From NCBI GenBank assembly GCA_905178155.1, contig CAJINV010000005.1, positions 3,885,556 through 3,949,555 of the forward strand: a DNA stretch of 64,000 nt, given 5' to 3'. How positions within the stretch are numbered: the stretch's first letter is position 1; each line of letters starts with the position of its first letter. Under the pieces are notes generated by a model. The model was not told the origin of the DNA and did not search any database. It saw nothing but the letters and a program-made list of their open reading frames with translations. Positions 1 through 12,006 of this stretch are shown one piece after another. The stretch comes from Amoebophrya sp. A120 (taxonomy: Eukaryota > Protista > Dinoflagellata). The position numbers and the translations under genes are program-made.

Positions 1-2
1 TG

Positions 3-1675
3 CTGGATCGCGCCCGCCAGGAGATTCAGAAGCGGCTGAAAAACAAGATCGACGAATACGCGGCGAAGGGGCAAAAAGCGCGGAAAGACAAGGAACCGCC
101 GCCGAAGTTCAAGCGCACGCAGCTGCCGGCCTACATTCAGCGCGCGAAGCAGGCGAGTAAAGATAACCTGGGAGCCGCGACGAGCAAAACGTCCTCCGAT
201 CCCGTCACGGATATTGGCGCTGTCTCGGCGAGGGACGAATATTACAATGAAAAATGCCCCCACCCCCGAACTTGGGAGCATTTGTATTGCAAACCTTTGC
301 AAATGAAACGCTCGCCCTCGTGCATCTATCAGAATCACAGGCTCTCAATCGTGAAGAGAAAAAATTTGTATTGCGCAAGATCTCAGGAAGAGCGGCGCTT
401 GTCATGCAAGCAATGCGATATGCGCCTAGACTCTGCATCAGAAAGATTCATAGTCCTTTCATGCATAACAAAAAGTTTTCATTTGGAAACTTTAGCATCA
501 CAAATTATTGCAACTTTGGGGGTGGGGGCATTTTTCATTGTAATAACAAAGCAGAAACGTTCATCAAGCAAGCCGAACTGCTCCGACGCCGGAAGTATCA
601 AATGTAAAGGTGTCTGGGTCTGGAAGAATGCAACTTGTGATGCTGCATTTGGATTCCACAATAATTTGTATTGCATGAGTACCAAAAGAAAGGCAATTTT
701 TGCTACGCTGAGAAGGCATTTGTCATGCGGACTACGCATCAAGAAGCCCTCAAAAAATCTGGATTGCTAGGGGATGCATCACAGACATCATGGGTCATGC
801 AAAACGTGCATGACAAGTGTCAGAATCTTCCAGACCCAGACATTTTTGCACTTGATAGAAAGCAGAAGACTACCAGGAATTTTACCAGCGCCGACGGGGC
901 GGGAACTGTCACCGGCTCGACACGACCTGCGGGCACCCCTGGCAACGACGGCTACGTTCCAGCGACAAGCGCAGTCTCCACGATGAACAATCAGAACACG
1001 CAGGCAACTAGTACCCCACTAAGAGAAGGTACTGTTGAGCAGCAGAAGACCTCCAAGCTCTCGCCCGTTTTTCCGCCGCCAGCGACGGAAAAGAAAATTC
1101 TGGCCTCCCCGATGTACGTGCGCGCCCGAGGGGGGGTGAGCCCGCGGCCGATGCGACAGGACAACTTGAACTTCGAAGGCGATCACAGCCGGGCCGCGGC
1201 CTTATACGAGGAATCCTCGGCATCCGCCTCTTTCTCCGAAAGTGGCAAGCAGAAGGTGCACCACTCTAGTTGTTCCGACTCTAGAAGTCCACCAGAAGCG
1301 AGGGACAATGCACTCTATGGCGGCGCACTGCCGGGTGCTCCGGCGAGGCGCAGCAGAGAAGGAGCGGGCGCTAAACTGCTCGTGTGGCAGCCGCCGCCGG
1401 CGTCTGCAAATAGCGGCAACCGCGTTTCGAGTTCGTCAGCGAGAGGGCAGATGAAGATCGAGAGTCCCGGGATTTCGCTGTTTCCGCAAAGCCCGCTTCT
1501 ATCCGCCTCTCCAGTTGCTCCCTTTCATCCTGGAGGAAGTACCTTCGGTTTGCAACCGCCGCAATTGCTGAATCAACCAGGTCTCGTAACCCAGCCACTG
1601 ATCTCCCCGCTGCAACCACTGCCGACGAGTACTTACTTGCTGTGTTGGAACCTAGTAGGTCCTAGAACTAAATGA
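3..1675 (+). CDS. Hypothetical protein, 5'-partial, low-complexity C-terminus; interrupted by 2 introners
   Basis: Open frame from nt 3 (LDRARQEIQKRLKNK...). Removing 240-545 and 596-857, each plus one 5-bp DR, joins it in frame to AETFIKQAELLRRRKQKTTR and ORF 671..1675. Confidence 0.65.
240..545. mobile_element. Introner/MITE family B (306 bp)
   Basis: TIR tattacaatgaaaaatgcccccaccccc ... gggggtgggggcatttttcattgtaata; DR acgaa/acaaa; excision of 311 nt keeps the frame. Confidence 0.9.
596..857. mobile_element. Introner family A (262 bp)
   Basis: TIR tatcaaatgtaaaggtgtctgggtctggaag ... cttccagacccagacatttttgcacttgata; DR ggaag/gaaag. Confidence 0.92.
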
Positions 1676-2799
1676 CCTGTGGCACGGTTTACTTATGTCT
1701 CATTTGTGTAGCTGTAGCAAGAGCTGGTTTCTCTGTCATCATGTGTAGGTCCTGCGGATCACCTCGATGAACGATGAATGAAAAAAGTTGGAGCAAAAAC
1801 TACACTCAGGTCCCCTACTCCCAGCCGGAACTACGGGATCGATCAGCGGTGGGCGGTGAGAATCCTGCGAAACCGAGACTGCGGCTGTAGCAGCACAGGA
1901 AGGATTGTGGTGCTCCAAAAGGGGCAAAGTCAAAATTACGAATCGAATTTTTTTTTTTTGCATGTGATTGTTTGTTTCTAACTTTATCGCATTTAATATC
2001 CAACATCGAAGAAGCGACACTGTCTTGTCCAGCGTTTCCTTTTCCAATTTTTTCTTGCCGAATTTTTTTCAAACACCGTTGCATACCTATCTATCATTTA
2101 GATGCCTTTTGATGAATTTTTCTTTTTTGATTGATCTCCGCAGATGACCAAGAGTGACAGCTGCCCTAACCGACTTTTACACCTCTACCCAGACCTGTTT
2201 AAGTACTTATTCTCTCGGACTCGAGGATGGTTTGAGTTCCAATCTGAATTAACCCGCAATTGTCTTCGGCAGGTCGTATCTGAAGTTACAGATTGGCATT
2301 GTGCCTCAATGTATGATGGTGGCTTATTTTCTTGGGCCGGTCGTTGCAAGTGACGCGCTTGCACTTTTTCACAAAGCGCGGCAGTTTTTTCAAATGAACG
2401 CAGATTTTTTTTTGCACCCTGTGACATCATTCCTGTACATCTGAACAGGAGATGGCCAAACGAACGCATCCGAACTAATGAATATTGTTGTGGTCGTTGG
2501 CTCGGACACGAACCTTGTGTCGCCAACTTTTTGTGTCCGACCGGCTTTGCTGGAGTAGCTTAGTCTGCGTGTTATCGTTTGTAGCGCCGCTGGGTGCTCA
2601 TATCGGGAAGCCGCGACTAGCGCGATGAGTGGCCCTTGCGGGGAGAGATGCAATGTATGAGGGACGTGCGTTATAGAAGCAATTCTATCCGGCGCTATCT
2701 TGCGATGTTCGAGTTGCCTCCATTTGCGGTTAGTTTTTTCTATTTCGGAACTGTTTCACTGGAATTTTCTTGTTTCTAGAGCTGCTTCAGTCTGGATTT

Positions 2800-4200
2800 C
2801 CGAATTTGAAAAGAAAGGACGCTCAAGAACCCGTCGCGAGTCGGGGGGCGGTGGCAAGGACATAATGTGGAAAGCGCAGGCGGTATCAAAGTGAAAAAAG
2901 CCCCCACCCCATATCGAAAACGAAATTTGTGATGCTGTATTTGAGTACACAAATGTAATGCTAGAAGGCCAAGAGACGCAGCTTTGGCCTCGTTTGCAGG
3001 CAATTTGTCATGCTGTTTCCCACTTCGAGCTGCCCCCTGTCATGCTGAAGATGCACGGCCTTCCCACGCCAACCAGTACTACAGTCCGCATCTTTTCCCT
3101 TCTAGCATGACAAAGCTGATTTGTGGCCACAAATCTGCATCATTTTGGCTTTGTTTTTCCTCCGTTGCTGTCGTTTGGTCCCCAGGGCTGCTTCGGACAG
3201 AGCCCCCTGGGTTACCTCGGTCGAGTGGTCGTGCGGTTCGGTTCTCCTATGCCCATGCCTACCGTGTACTTGCCGCTGGGTACTGGTAGAGCGTCTCTTT
3301 CGTCAGCCTGTTTCGCTTCGGCGATACGACATGGCGATTGTTTGGGGAGGTTCCTTACGGTCCCCTCAGGGCATTGCCTCGTCGCTGACCTATGGAAACG
3401 GGCGGTCAGGTCAGCTTCGGGAAGGGTATCCGGAGTTGAGTTAGCTTCGGCTTTCTCTTGTGTATTCGAGGGCAGTGGTTGGCGGAGGTAGTTGGGATGT
3501 TCCTAAACAGTCATCCCAGAACATTTGTGTTCCTTTCTGACTTCCTCATTTCCTGTGCAGTATTTTACTGCATATACAGGCGCCACCCTCGTTTATCACC
3601 TCCAGGGCTACGTGCGACCCCTCCGACGCTGCGTGTGGAAGGAGGAAGTTCGGCGTGTTGGGGGTGAGGGACCCCCAACGAGGCCTGCGGATATCGGGAG
3701 GAAAACAGGCACAAATCTGCATCACAAATTTCTAGTTTGAGTATGGGGAGGGGGGATTTTTCCTTTTGATAGGCGGCCTGGCGCGCGCTGCGCACGCCTG
3801 CGCCACGACTGATGCTCGAGGATAGCATATCCTCAGTAAAAATGTGCCCAACCCCTGATCAAGACGGGAAATCTGCTAGACAAATCCAGAAGTTTTGGTA
3901 CTGACACATGAGAACTTTGGATATGCAGTTTGGATGTGCTTGGCTAGTCAAGTCACTCTCTTCTCGTCAATAGTTCATACTAGGGTTGCAGCTCCGACCG
4001 CGGCTAGAAAAGGCACGCCCTCCATTCGGAACCGCAGAGGACATGATATTCTGGGCCTGCGTATCATGCATGACAATTCTCCCTGGGCGGGTCAAAACGT
4101 TTTTACACGGGACATAGCACCAAAGCTGGCAAGTTGTTTCCCGTCGTGCCCGCAGAGTTGCTGTGGAAATTTTCGCCGAAATGGAGCACTGAGGATAAGG
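2800..4200 (+). CDS. Exons of a multi-exon hypothetical protein (gene probably extends about 2.1-5.5 kb)
   Basis: Excising 2884-3771 and 3828-4114, each plus one DR, gives continuous KDIMWKAQAAWRALRTPAPRLMLEDSTKAGKLFPVVPAELLWKFSPKWSTEDK followed by a gt donor. Further exon-like segments occur at 4.7-5.0 kb. Confidence 0.5.
2884..3771. mobile_element. Introner family C carrying a nested insertion
   Basis: Closely matches the intact copy at 54027-54338; perfect DR ggcgg at 2879-2883 and 3772-3776. Confidence 0.92.
3143..3709 (-). mobile_element. Nested retroposon-like insertion (567 bp) with 15-bp TSD
   Basis: cacaaatctgcatca is duplicated at 3128-3142 and 3710-3724; the intact C copy has a single site; A-rich 3' end on the minus strand. 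Confidence 0.75.
3828..4114. mobile_element. Introner family D (diverged, 287 bp)
   Basis: tatcctcagtaaaaatgtg ... acgtttttacacgggaca; perfect DR tagca; similar to 12083-12365. Confidence 0.85.
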
Positions 4201-5999
4201 TACAGCAGGCACGACTTGACAAGTGCTAGGTCGTTTAAAATTTTCATCTCTACATACTTACACCTAGTGAGATCTCCTTCAGACTGACCAGCAGACAGTG
4301 TCCTCCATGGTAATATTTCGGCATGAAATAATTATGCTAGCATGCAATGAAAATAACTACAGTGGCTCTTTTTGTGGACATCTACGAAGCACGCGTGCAT
4401 CGCCGCCGGGGTCCTGTTCTGGTACGGTCATCAGCCTATCGCATAGAAAAGTACACCCTGACCGAAAGAGAAAACATTTGCGAAGGCAAGAAAAATGCGG
4501 GCTTCGTCTGTTCAGCATCACAGATCCTCTTGATGCTTCTCTAATCTTCCCTTTCCCGCTTTACAATAGCCATTCTGCGTGAGAGTTTTTCCTGCCTCTT
4601 GCGGAACGCAATTGCAAAAAGTTTTTTGTGCCACAAAAGGAGCAAAAATGCATAGTCTGATTTTATTCTGAATCTGGTATGGGTCGACTTTGGCTTTTCT
4701 CCTGGATACAGCCCTTCGGAGGCGCAAACTACCACGACCTGTACAAGACACCGCTCTACCGCGCCTACATTGCCAAGCTGCAGCGCTCAGGTATGTTTAT
4801 CTACTTTTGTTTGATCGTTTGCATTTTCATGGATTCGAGTCTATCGTCCTCGTCCAGAACAGCACGGACTGGACCCGGAGATCGGAGGAATCTACGTATA
4901 TTTTTGCTACGACAAAAATACTTAGGTGAACTAGCGGAAAATCGGCGGTTGAAACGCACATCCTTCTACTTATGGGAGTATAGAAATCAGGTTGGAAATT
5001 TACAAATTGGAACTATATTGCCATGCATAAAATCGATGCGAATTTCGCACACCATTTCCAAGCAGCGCATGGCGCGTCTCGTCTCAAGATGCCATGTTGT
5101 TTTGCACAAAAAGATTGGCGGCCCCGCCACGCTCTTCAAGAAGCTTTCGATGGCCTTTGTCAGGCTTACAGTCGGCCACTTTATATATTTGCGTTCCTGC
5201 AAAGAAGTATTGAACTTGTGGCTAGCATTTTACGCAACGCAAGGAGTTGTTTAATCATCCGGTTTGTCCATTTCCAAGTTGACACTCCCATACTTCCTTC
5301 CGGGTGAAGACGTGGAGGAATCCGACGCCATTCCAGATTACAAGAAGTGGGACAATTTCCGTCAGAAATCGATGATGCGTTACTAGCCGATAAAGAGCCT
5401 ACGATTTCGGATGCTGTGCTGCACGGAAAACAAGTAAAAAGATATTTTTCACCACCGCTGCAGTTCTTCTTCTTGCAGCGAGCATTTTACTTACGCTATC
5501 TTCCAAAACCAGTGCAATTACGGGCGTTTATAGTTGATGTGCGCAGCTTATTATAGCAGGGACAAGGAGTTAACATGCGGAAGACGAAAATTGAGCTGCG
5601 CGCTTTGCAGCCGGCGTCATGTTCCCATCGGTGAGAAAAAAAAAAGAAACGAGCGACCACGAGCGTGCAAAAGAATAGGGGACATCGACATTGATTAAGT
5701 AATAGGGCACATAGTTTTGAATTGTGTCGACGACAACGAAAGGGAAAAGGTCCACCATCTTCATGGCGTTTGTCCCGAGCAGGCAGCTCCTTCACGATGA
5801 TCTGATAAGGCTCCAGAGTGAGTATCTCAATAACAGTACCCTGCATAGTAGAAGTACTCAATTTTTGGATGTGATGTAATGTCGATGTTGAAATCGGGGC
5901 CCCAATAAATTCAGATGAATTTTTCCATCAATGAATAGCGTAGAGATAGCAGCACGCTCGTCTGTGCGACGAGACTCTTGAAAGATCGACTATGTCGCA

Positions 6000-6261
6000 T
6001 ATCAAATGGAAAAATGTCTGGGTCTGGAAGATTGCCAGGTTTGTCATGAACATTTTGCATGACTCCTGTTGTCTGTGATGCATGCCCTAGCATCACAGAT
6101 TTTGTGACGGCTTCCTGATGCCTATACCGCATGACAAATGCTGTTTCTGTGTAGCAAAACTTGGACTCTCTTTGCTGCTCATGCAATACAGATTTTTTTG
6201 GAATCCAAAATCAGCATGACAAGTTGGATTCTTCCAGACCCAGACATTTTTACAGTTGATA
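6000..6261. mobile_element. Introner family A (262 bp, reverse orientation)
   Basis: A-type TIRs; perfect DR tcgca. Excision gives a plausible + strand start MSQPQAQNPFATDRSLGGAAAR (host uncertain). Confidence 0.92.
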
Positions 6262-8250
6262 TCGCAGCCCCAGGCACAGAACCCTTTCGCGACAGATCGC
6301 AGCCTCGGTGGAGCAGCGGCGAGGTATTGCTTCGAATTCACACTCTCATGTTGCTGCAGATGATGTATGCGGTATGTTGATGTTTGATGCATAGAAATGT
6401 TCCAAAAGACGTGCACTTCGGCGGCGCCTTGAATATCGAATGGATGCCAAAAAACAATCAGCTCGCAAGCTCCTATGGCTGCTGGCGGAACCGCAGTTGC
6501 ATCTTCGAGTTCACAGTGGGTCCAAGGCGCATCGCGACCCACGTTCACCAATGTATAGACGTTATTTGTAATTCAAACATTGATTCGATCGCACGCAGTC
6601 TTCAATCCCTGAATTGAACTTTGTAATTCCTGTGAGTTGTGTACAGTTCTCAATACGCATGCAATACTCCCACTTCTTACAGGTGGCTAATCCTCCGGTC
6701 CAGGCTGGGAACGTAAGCTTATCCAAAGAAGGAAAATGAATGTACTTAAATGTAATATATGGTGCTTTTACAGATCAAATGCAAGTCTGCATTGTTCACA
6801 TTCAGAAGAAGTGTCTCAGGATATTAAGCAGCGATCGATCGTTTGAAGACACCGCGCAATAGCCTTCAAAAACATTAACGCATGAAAAGTGCGTCCGTTC
6901 CTGCGGACACTCCCACAGTACGCATTTACATTTTTCTTCCTGGATATGCTTACGGGCCGAGTTACTCGATGAGCTACCAGCCAAGAGTATGAGGCAGCAA
7001 ACCTTTTCAGCTCCGAGGATTGCATCTTGTGTTGCTGTTTCTTTTTTTAGAAGCGCGCGTTTTGTTGCACAGTGTGTCCTCAGCCTCGTCCAAAGGTCAG
7101 TCTACGTGCGAACTCTAGCGCAGCACTGAAACGTTCGGAATCGGAGGGTTTTGCAATTGCATAAGGAAGCACAGCAGACAAGTCGGCAGTTAAGTACTCG
7201 GGGTATTTGCCGCTAGAAGGAACGTACCGGGATGACGACTGCAAGATCGGGTAAACGTGACGGAAGACAGGAATTCTCGCTCGGTTCTGAAGCAGCAAAC
7301 AATTTGCGAGCAAATTGCAGGAGTTCTCTAATCCATCGGCCGCAACGGTTCTTTCATGCCCTGATTTTTTTCTTTTCTCAAACACAAGCACGTTTCTAGA
7401 TCGATGAAAAGGCTCTGCTTTTGCATTCTGTGTGTTTCATGACCGTCTTCCAACTTCTAGCAGTAGAAGCGAAAGAACGAGATACGATTTCGCGAGAGCG
7501 TTTTTTTTTTGCAGTATCTACGCGTGTTCAACGACGTTTGAACGGCACAGGAGCAGCTGCGAAAGACACTGTCGGTTTTTTTTTCTTGATGAGGAGCAAA
7601 CTTGACCGCTTATTCCTGTTGCAAATTCCAGCCGGAGAACAATAAAAACGCAAATCTGTTGGATTGATACGATTTTTCAAACTGCCGTCATGACAGGAGT
7701 AAGTATTGATCACATACAAGTAGACAATGATCCCACCCCCCTCCTTGCCATTTTCGAAAGTATCGTAGCAACTACGTCAGCAGTGTGATGAAGAACCTCG
7801 GTTATATTGTGGCTTGACACCGCGGCTAGCGATTCAAACACCCCCTCATAGTCACGCTTAGGCAGTCACATTCAATACTGGATCATATACTCTAGAGTAG
7901 TAGCAGTGGTTTCAGAGTTCAGACCGTACCCGTATAATTCCTCGAGGATCAAAGTCAAGCATCGCGCAATTGTATCCCGATACTAATTTCAGAACAAAGA
8001 TGGACTCTTCTCCGTACATGACACTTCGACTCGTTAGAGCTGCCGGAGAGTCGACCTAGGCCTCTGCTCGCTTCCCTGTCTGAAGCAGAATCGCACAACT
8101 GTCGTCATCGCACATCAATTGTCGTCGTGTTTTGTGCCAACTGGTGAAATGCGAAGTGGACGTGCTGGCGAAATGCGCAGTGAAGTTGTGCAGTGGTAGA
8201 TCATTCGGACTGCCTCTGATTCCAGACCAAGCGGCTTCGAGAGAAGAAGC

Positions 8251-11109
8251 ATGAGTGCCACACCAGTGGGCAATGGTCCCGCGGCTCCCGCACGGGCCGA
8301 GCTTTCGGCGCCACTGGTTGGCAACACCACGACGCGACGGCGGGGGCGCTGGCGACCAGTTCAGGATTACTTTCGCGAGCCTATGCGTTTCGTGTACATG
8401 TGCTACGCCACGTTGGACCGGCTGGCGCCGTTTCCAGGAAGCCTGGTCGCAATCGTGGGCACTCTCGTCTTTTTCCTGCTCATCGGCTGCTTTACCATGC
8501 CCTCAAAGGAGCTAACCTGGTACTGTAGAAATGAAGATGAAAATCGTGATTTTTGGTCTCTCTTCTGATAAATGTGTGATCATCTTCCCGATGCCGATCA
8601 TTCCTGGGAAGATTTTAGTGTGGCAATGGTTTGTTTCTGCTGGGATGTGCAGCATAAGCCCTCCCTCAAGCTGTGGTAGGCAGTCAGGTAGAAATTCTTC
8701 AATTTACCATTCCCAGAGGATTTGGAGTTATTGTATATACAGGCTGTTGATCCAAGTTCTTCGACAATGGGCTTTGATGTTGCTGGTGAACAGTGCGGAG
8801 TCGGTGTTACACGCAGGGCCGGTTTGGATTGTGGTTCTGATTGCAGCGGCCCTCTGGGTGCTCCAACTGATGGGCTATTTGCTTTTCGTGGAGGGCTGGC
8901 TTCTGCTGGCAACCGAACCCTTTCGGGTGTTACCCTCTGCCCTGGTCTTCGTGTGTCTGCTAACGTATTCGGCATTGCTGTGCGTCAAGCTTGTGGTATA
9001 AATGAAATTGTTTGTTCGCGATTTTCTGGCGAAAATTTTTTTTGAGACAACTAGGATTTGTGATTAGACCAATTTATTGGGAGGATGGTGAGCCTCGAGG
9101 CTGTTCATCATGTTTCGAAGAAACACTGACGAAAGTGATGAGAGCTGGCACACAATGATATAATAAACAGATCTACCTGTGCCCGCACTCGCTGGCTGCC
9201 GAGCTGTTTTTGGCCGATCTGGGGGTGGCGGCTGCGCAGAACCGACGGAACGCAGCGGCGGAACCTGAACGGCCCCCGCCCTTACCGGTTGACGTGCTGA
9301 AGCTACTGGTGCAGGTACTGAGGGGAAAAATTCTCCCTCCCCATATTCAACCGGGGCTTTCTGATACTGGATTTGTTTACAACACAAACAAGACGAATCA
9401 GTAAACACCTCTGTCTTCCATGCAGCCGAGGCACGTGCTCCAGGGCATAGCCTGTATCTAATATGTGTTGCGTTTTAGCCTACAGCAAAGATGTCAGCCC
9501 TTTTTTCTTTAGTGCAAGCCAGAGCTGTTTTGTCTCCACAACTTGGCATCTAACCGAGTCTACTATTTCCACTCGAGTATGGGGAGAGATTTTTCCTTTC
9601 GGTAGCGGGGCCGCGTGGTGGACTTGTGGACGCCCCGTACCCAGGTGGCGGAGCTCGAGGGGAAGCCGTGCGCCGTGTGCTGCGACGAATTTACCGGGAC
9701 CGATGTGGTGATCAATCTGCCCTGCCAGCACGTGTTTCACCAGGAATGCGTCTATCCTGTGCAAAACCCTATCCATCCCGTGCTTGGCCAGCAAATCTGC
9801 ATGCTGTGATGGATGTGTCGGCGCGCCGTGTGGGTCCCGCCCATTAGAGCCATTTCTTCGTACGTAATGTTTGGGACAACTAGGACTAGTACTTTGTCAT
9901 GCTCTGCTAATCAGGACGTTGAGGCAAACCATAAACCCTGTACAACTACTAGCTAAGCTCGGCACGACTTCTACGCTGCATATCCAGACTTGCCACAACG
10001 CGCGCAGTACCAGCGCGGTCTGTTATTTATGCCATGCGTGACGAGTCCTACTACTGCCGGACTTTGGCTTGCCTAGTTTTCGTGTCCCATCTTGGCTATG
10101 GGGCATGGATATCGGTTTTTCATTAGGAATGCGTCCTTGAGTGGTTCACGAGGGGGAATCGCGAATGTCCCTTGTGCCGACGAGACGTTGAGGAGACGTT
10201 GCATCACTCACCAACATATGGATTGCAAACATGTCTGGGTCTGGAAGAATGGAAGGTTTGTCATGCATAATTTGCATGACCGATGACGCTTGCAATGCGT
10301 GGCCTAGTATCACAGACTTTTGGAGGGCTTTGCAATGCCTATTCCGCATGAGAAATGCCCTCTTCACGTAGCACAAACTGGACTCCTCTTGCTGGTCATG
10401 CAATACAGATATTTTTAGAATCCAAAAATAGCATTACAAGCTGCCTTCTTCCAGACCCAGACATATTTGCATTTGATACAACAAGTTCCTACGGACATGG
10501 AGTGAATGCCTCAGCTACCTCTATAACCCGCTCAGGTGTTACAATCTCAAACGTTACAATAGAATATGGAAATCTGTGATGCAAGAGTGCATGATCTAGC
10601 CAACTCTCATCGCATTGCGCATGACAAGTTCCGGAGCCCCGAACCCCACTACAATCTGACGAAGTTTGTATTGCAGAAAGTGGAACGCTCTGCGAGTCTG
10701 TCATGCTCATCATGCAAGACAAATTTCAGATTCTATTGTAACGTTTGAGATTGTAACACCTGAGAGGGTTATAACCTCCCCGGACACTTTCTACTGCCCC
10801 GAGGCGCTGCCTGGTGTGGAAGACGCGCCTGGAGAGCGGGAACAACTTGCGCAGCGGCCAGGAGGAGGTTCGGCCGATAACACGAGGAACAGGAGCAGCC
10901 CATGGAGTGGAAACACTTCGAGAGGGGGTCCACCTGTCGCGAATGCGAATGCTGGTCGCAGCCCCGTCGTGCAGAGGAATGGGAGTGCTGTCTTTCCGCC
11001 CGTAGTAGCAGTTCCTCATGCGAGAACGGGACCACGGTTTTTCCCTGATGCGCAAGGAGCCTACAACGAAGAGGATCCGCCGCCACTACTCCCTGACGTG
11101 ATTTTGTGA
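8251..11109 (+). CDS. Multi-pass membrane RING-H2 E3 ubiquitin ligase; 4 introners plus short introns
   Basis: Hydrophobic N-terminal exons at 8251-8995. After excision the RING reads CAVCCDEFTGTDVVINLPCQHVFHQECVLEWFTRGNRECPLCRR, then a low-complexity tail ending at 11109. Confidence 0.85.
9316..9604. mobile_element. Introner, family C-like (289 bp), TAC...GTA ends
   Basis: tactgaggggaaaaattctccctccccata ... tatggggagagatttttcctttcggta; DR gcagg/gcggg. Confidence 0.8.
9753..10130. mobile_element. Introner, D-like diverged (378 bp), splitting the RING domain
   Basis: Perfect DR gcgtc; degenerate TIR tatcctgtgcaaaacc ... ggtttttcattaggaat; excision restores HQECVLEW. Confidence 0.9.
10217..10478. 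mobile_element. Introner family A (262 bp, reverse orientation)
   Basis: A-type TIRs; perfect DR caaca; frame restored (HSPTSSYG). Confidence 0.92.
10522..10773. mobile_element. Introner family E (252 bp) with 44-bp TIR
   Basis: tataacccgctcaggtgttacaatctcaaacgttacaatagaat and its reverse complement (1 mismatch); perfect DR acctc. Confidence 0.95.
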
Positions 11110-12006
11110 CGTCGTCCTGCGATAATTCTACGCAAGTCGTAGGGATCGACTTGTCTGCGTGTGCTTCAGCAGGGTGCCACCGAGCGACTCTTTCTCAGAT
11201 AGACTCTGCACTTACTGATGCATTTACTGTACGATTTCAAGAAACCTGTAAAATAAAAGATGATTGGATCAAACGAGTGCCCCCTGCGTGGGCTGCTGTA
11301 TTTTCGACGCCGCCTTCCTAAAAAGGTTTTACTTGCAGTATTTTGCCAACTACAATCGAGATGATAAGTTTAACGAACACTTACTGTAAAATTCGTTGCT
11401 ACCACATGCTACCCGCCTCCATCTACCCCCGTTTCGAACGAGGCAGAACAGGTGCAAGTGAAAAGAAAATGACTTCCACGAAATTTTTCATATCGACGAA
11501 AAGCAAATATAGTTCTGCATGCAGGTAAATTTATTTTACCTGTACAACCTTCAATATGAAGGAGGTCAGCCGTTGTGACTCTAACTCCGCGTCGTTCACC
11601 TTCTTCGTGACTCGGGACAGCGTTTGGAACTGTTTCAGAATTGGCCGAGTTTGTGGAGACTGAGGAGCCTTGAGAGCGATGTTGTTAGTTCCAGATGTTC
11701 TTAGTACTTGGACGCAGTAAGATGAAGTGAAATTAGGAGTGAAGGATGAGTTGCGAAGAACGGGGCGCACCACCTAAAGTTCTAAAAAGTCGTGCGGCGG
11801 TTGGACCATTTTTATATCGATAGAGGAGCTGAGCGTCCGTTCAATGTGTAGTAGTCAGGTTGCTTCTTCACAACGCGAAGGCGAGGACGAAGGACGAAGG
11901 TAGATCGCTTACTGGGGATCTGAACAATAACCAGGGATAGTTGTAAAGGAATATTGTTTCAATACGCGTTTCAACATATTTTTCCACACAGCAAAAAAAA
12001 CGAACC

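Noticed and set aside
3141-3150. cattttggct resembles part of the dinoflagellate spliced leader; also ttggctcaa on the minus strand near 50070
   Set aside because: Only 9-10 nt match and the context is inappropriate, so chance is likely.
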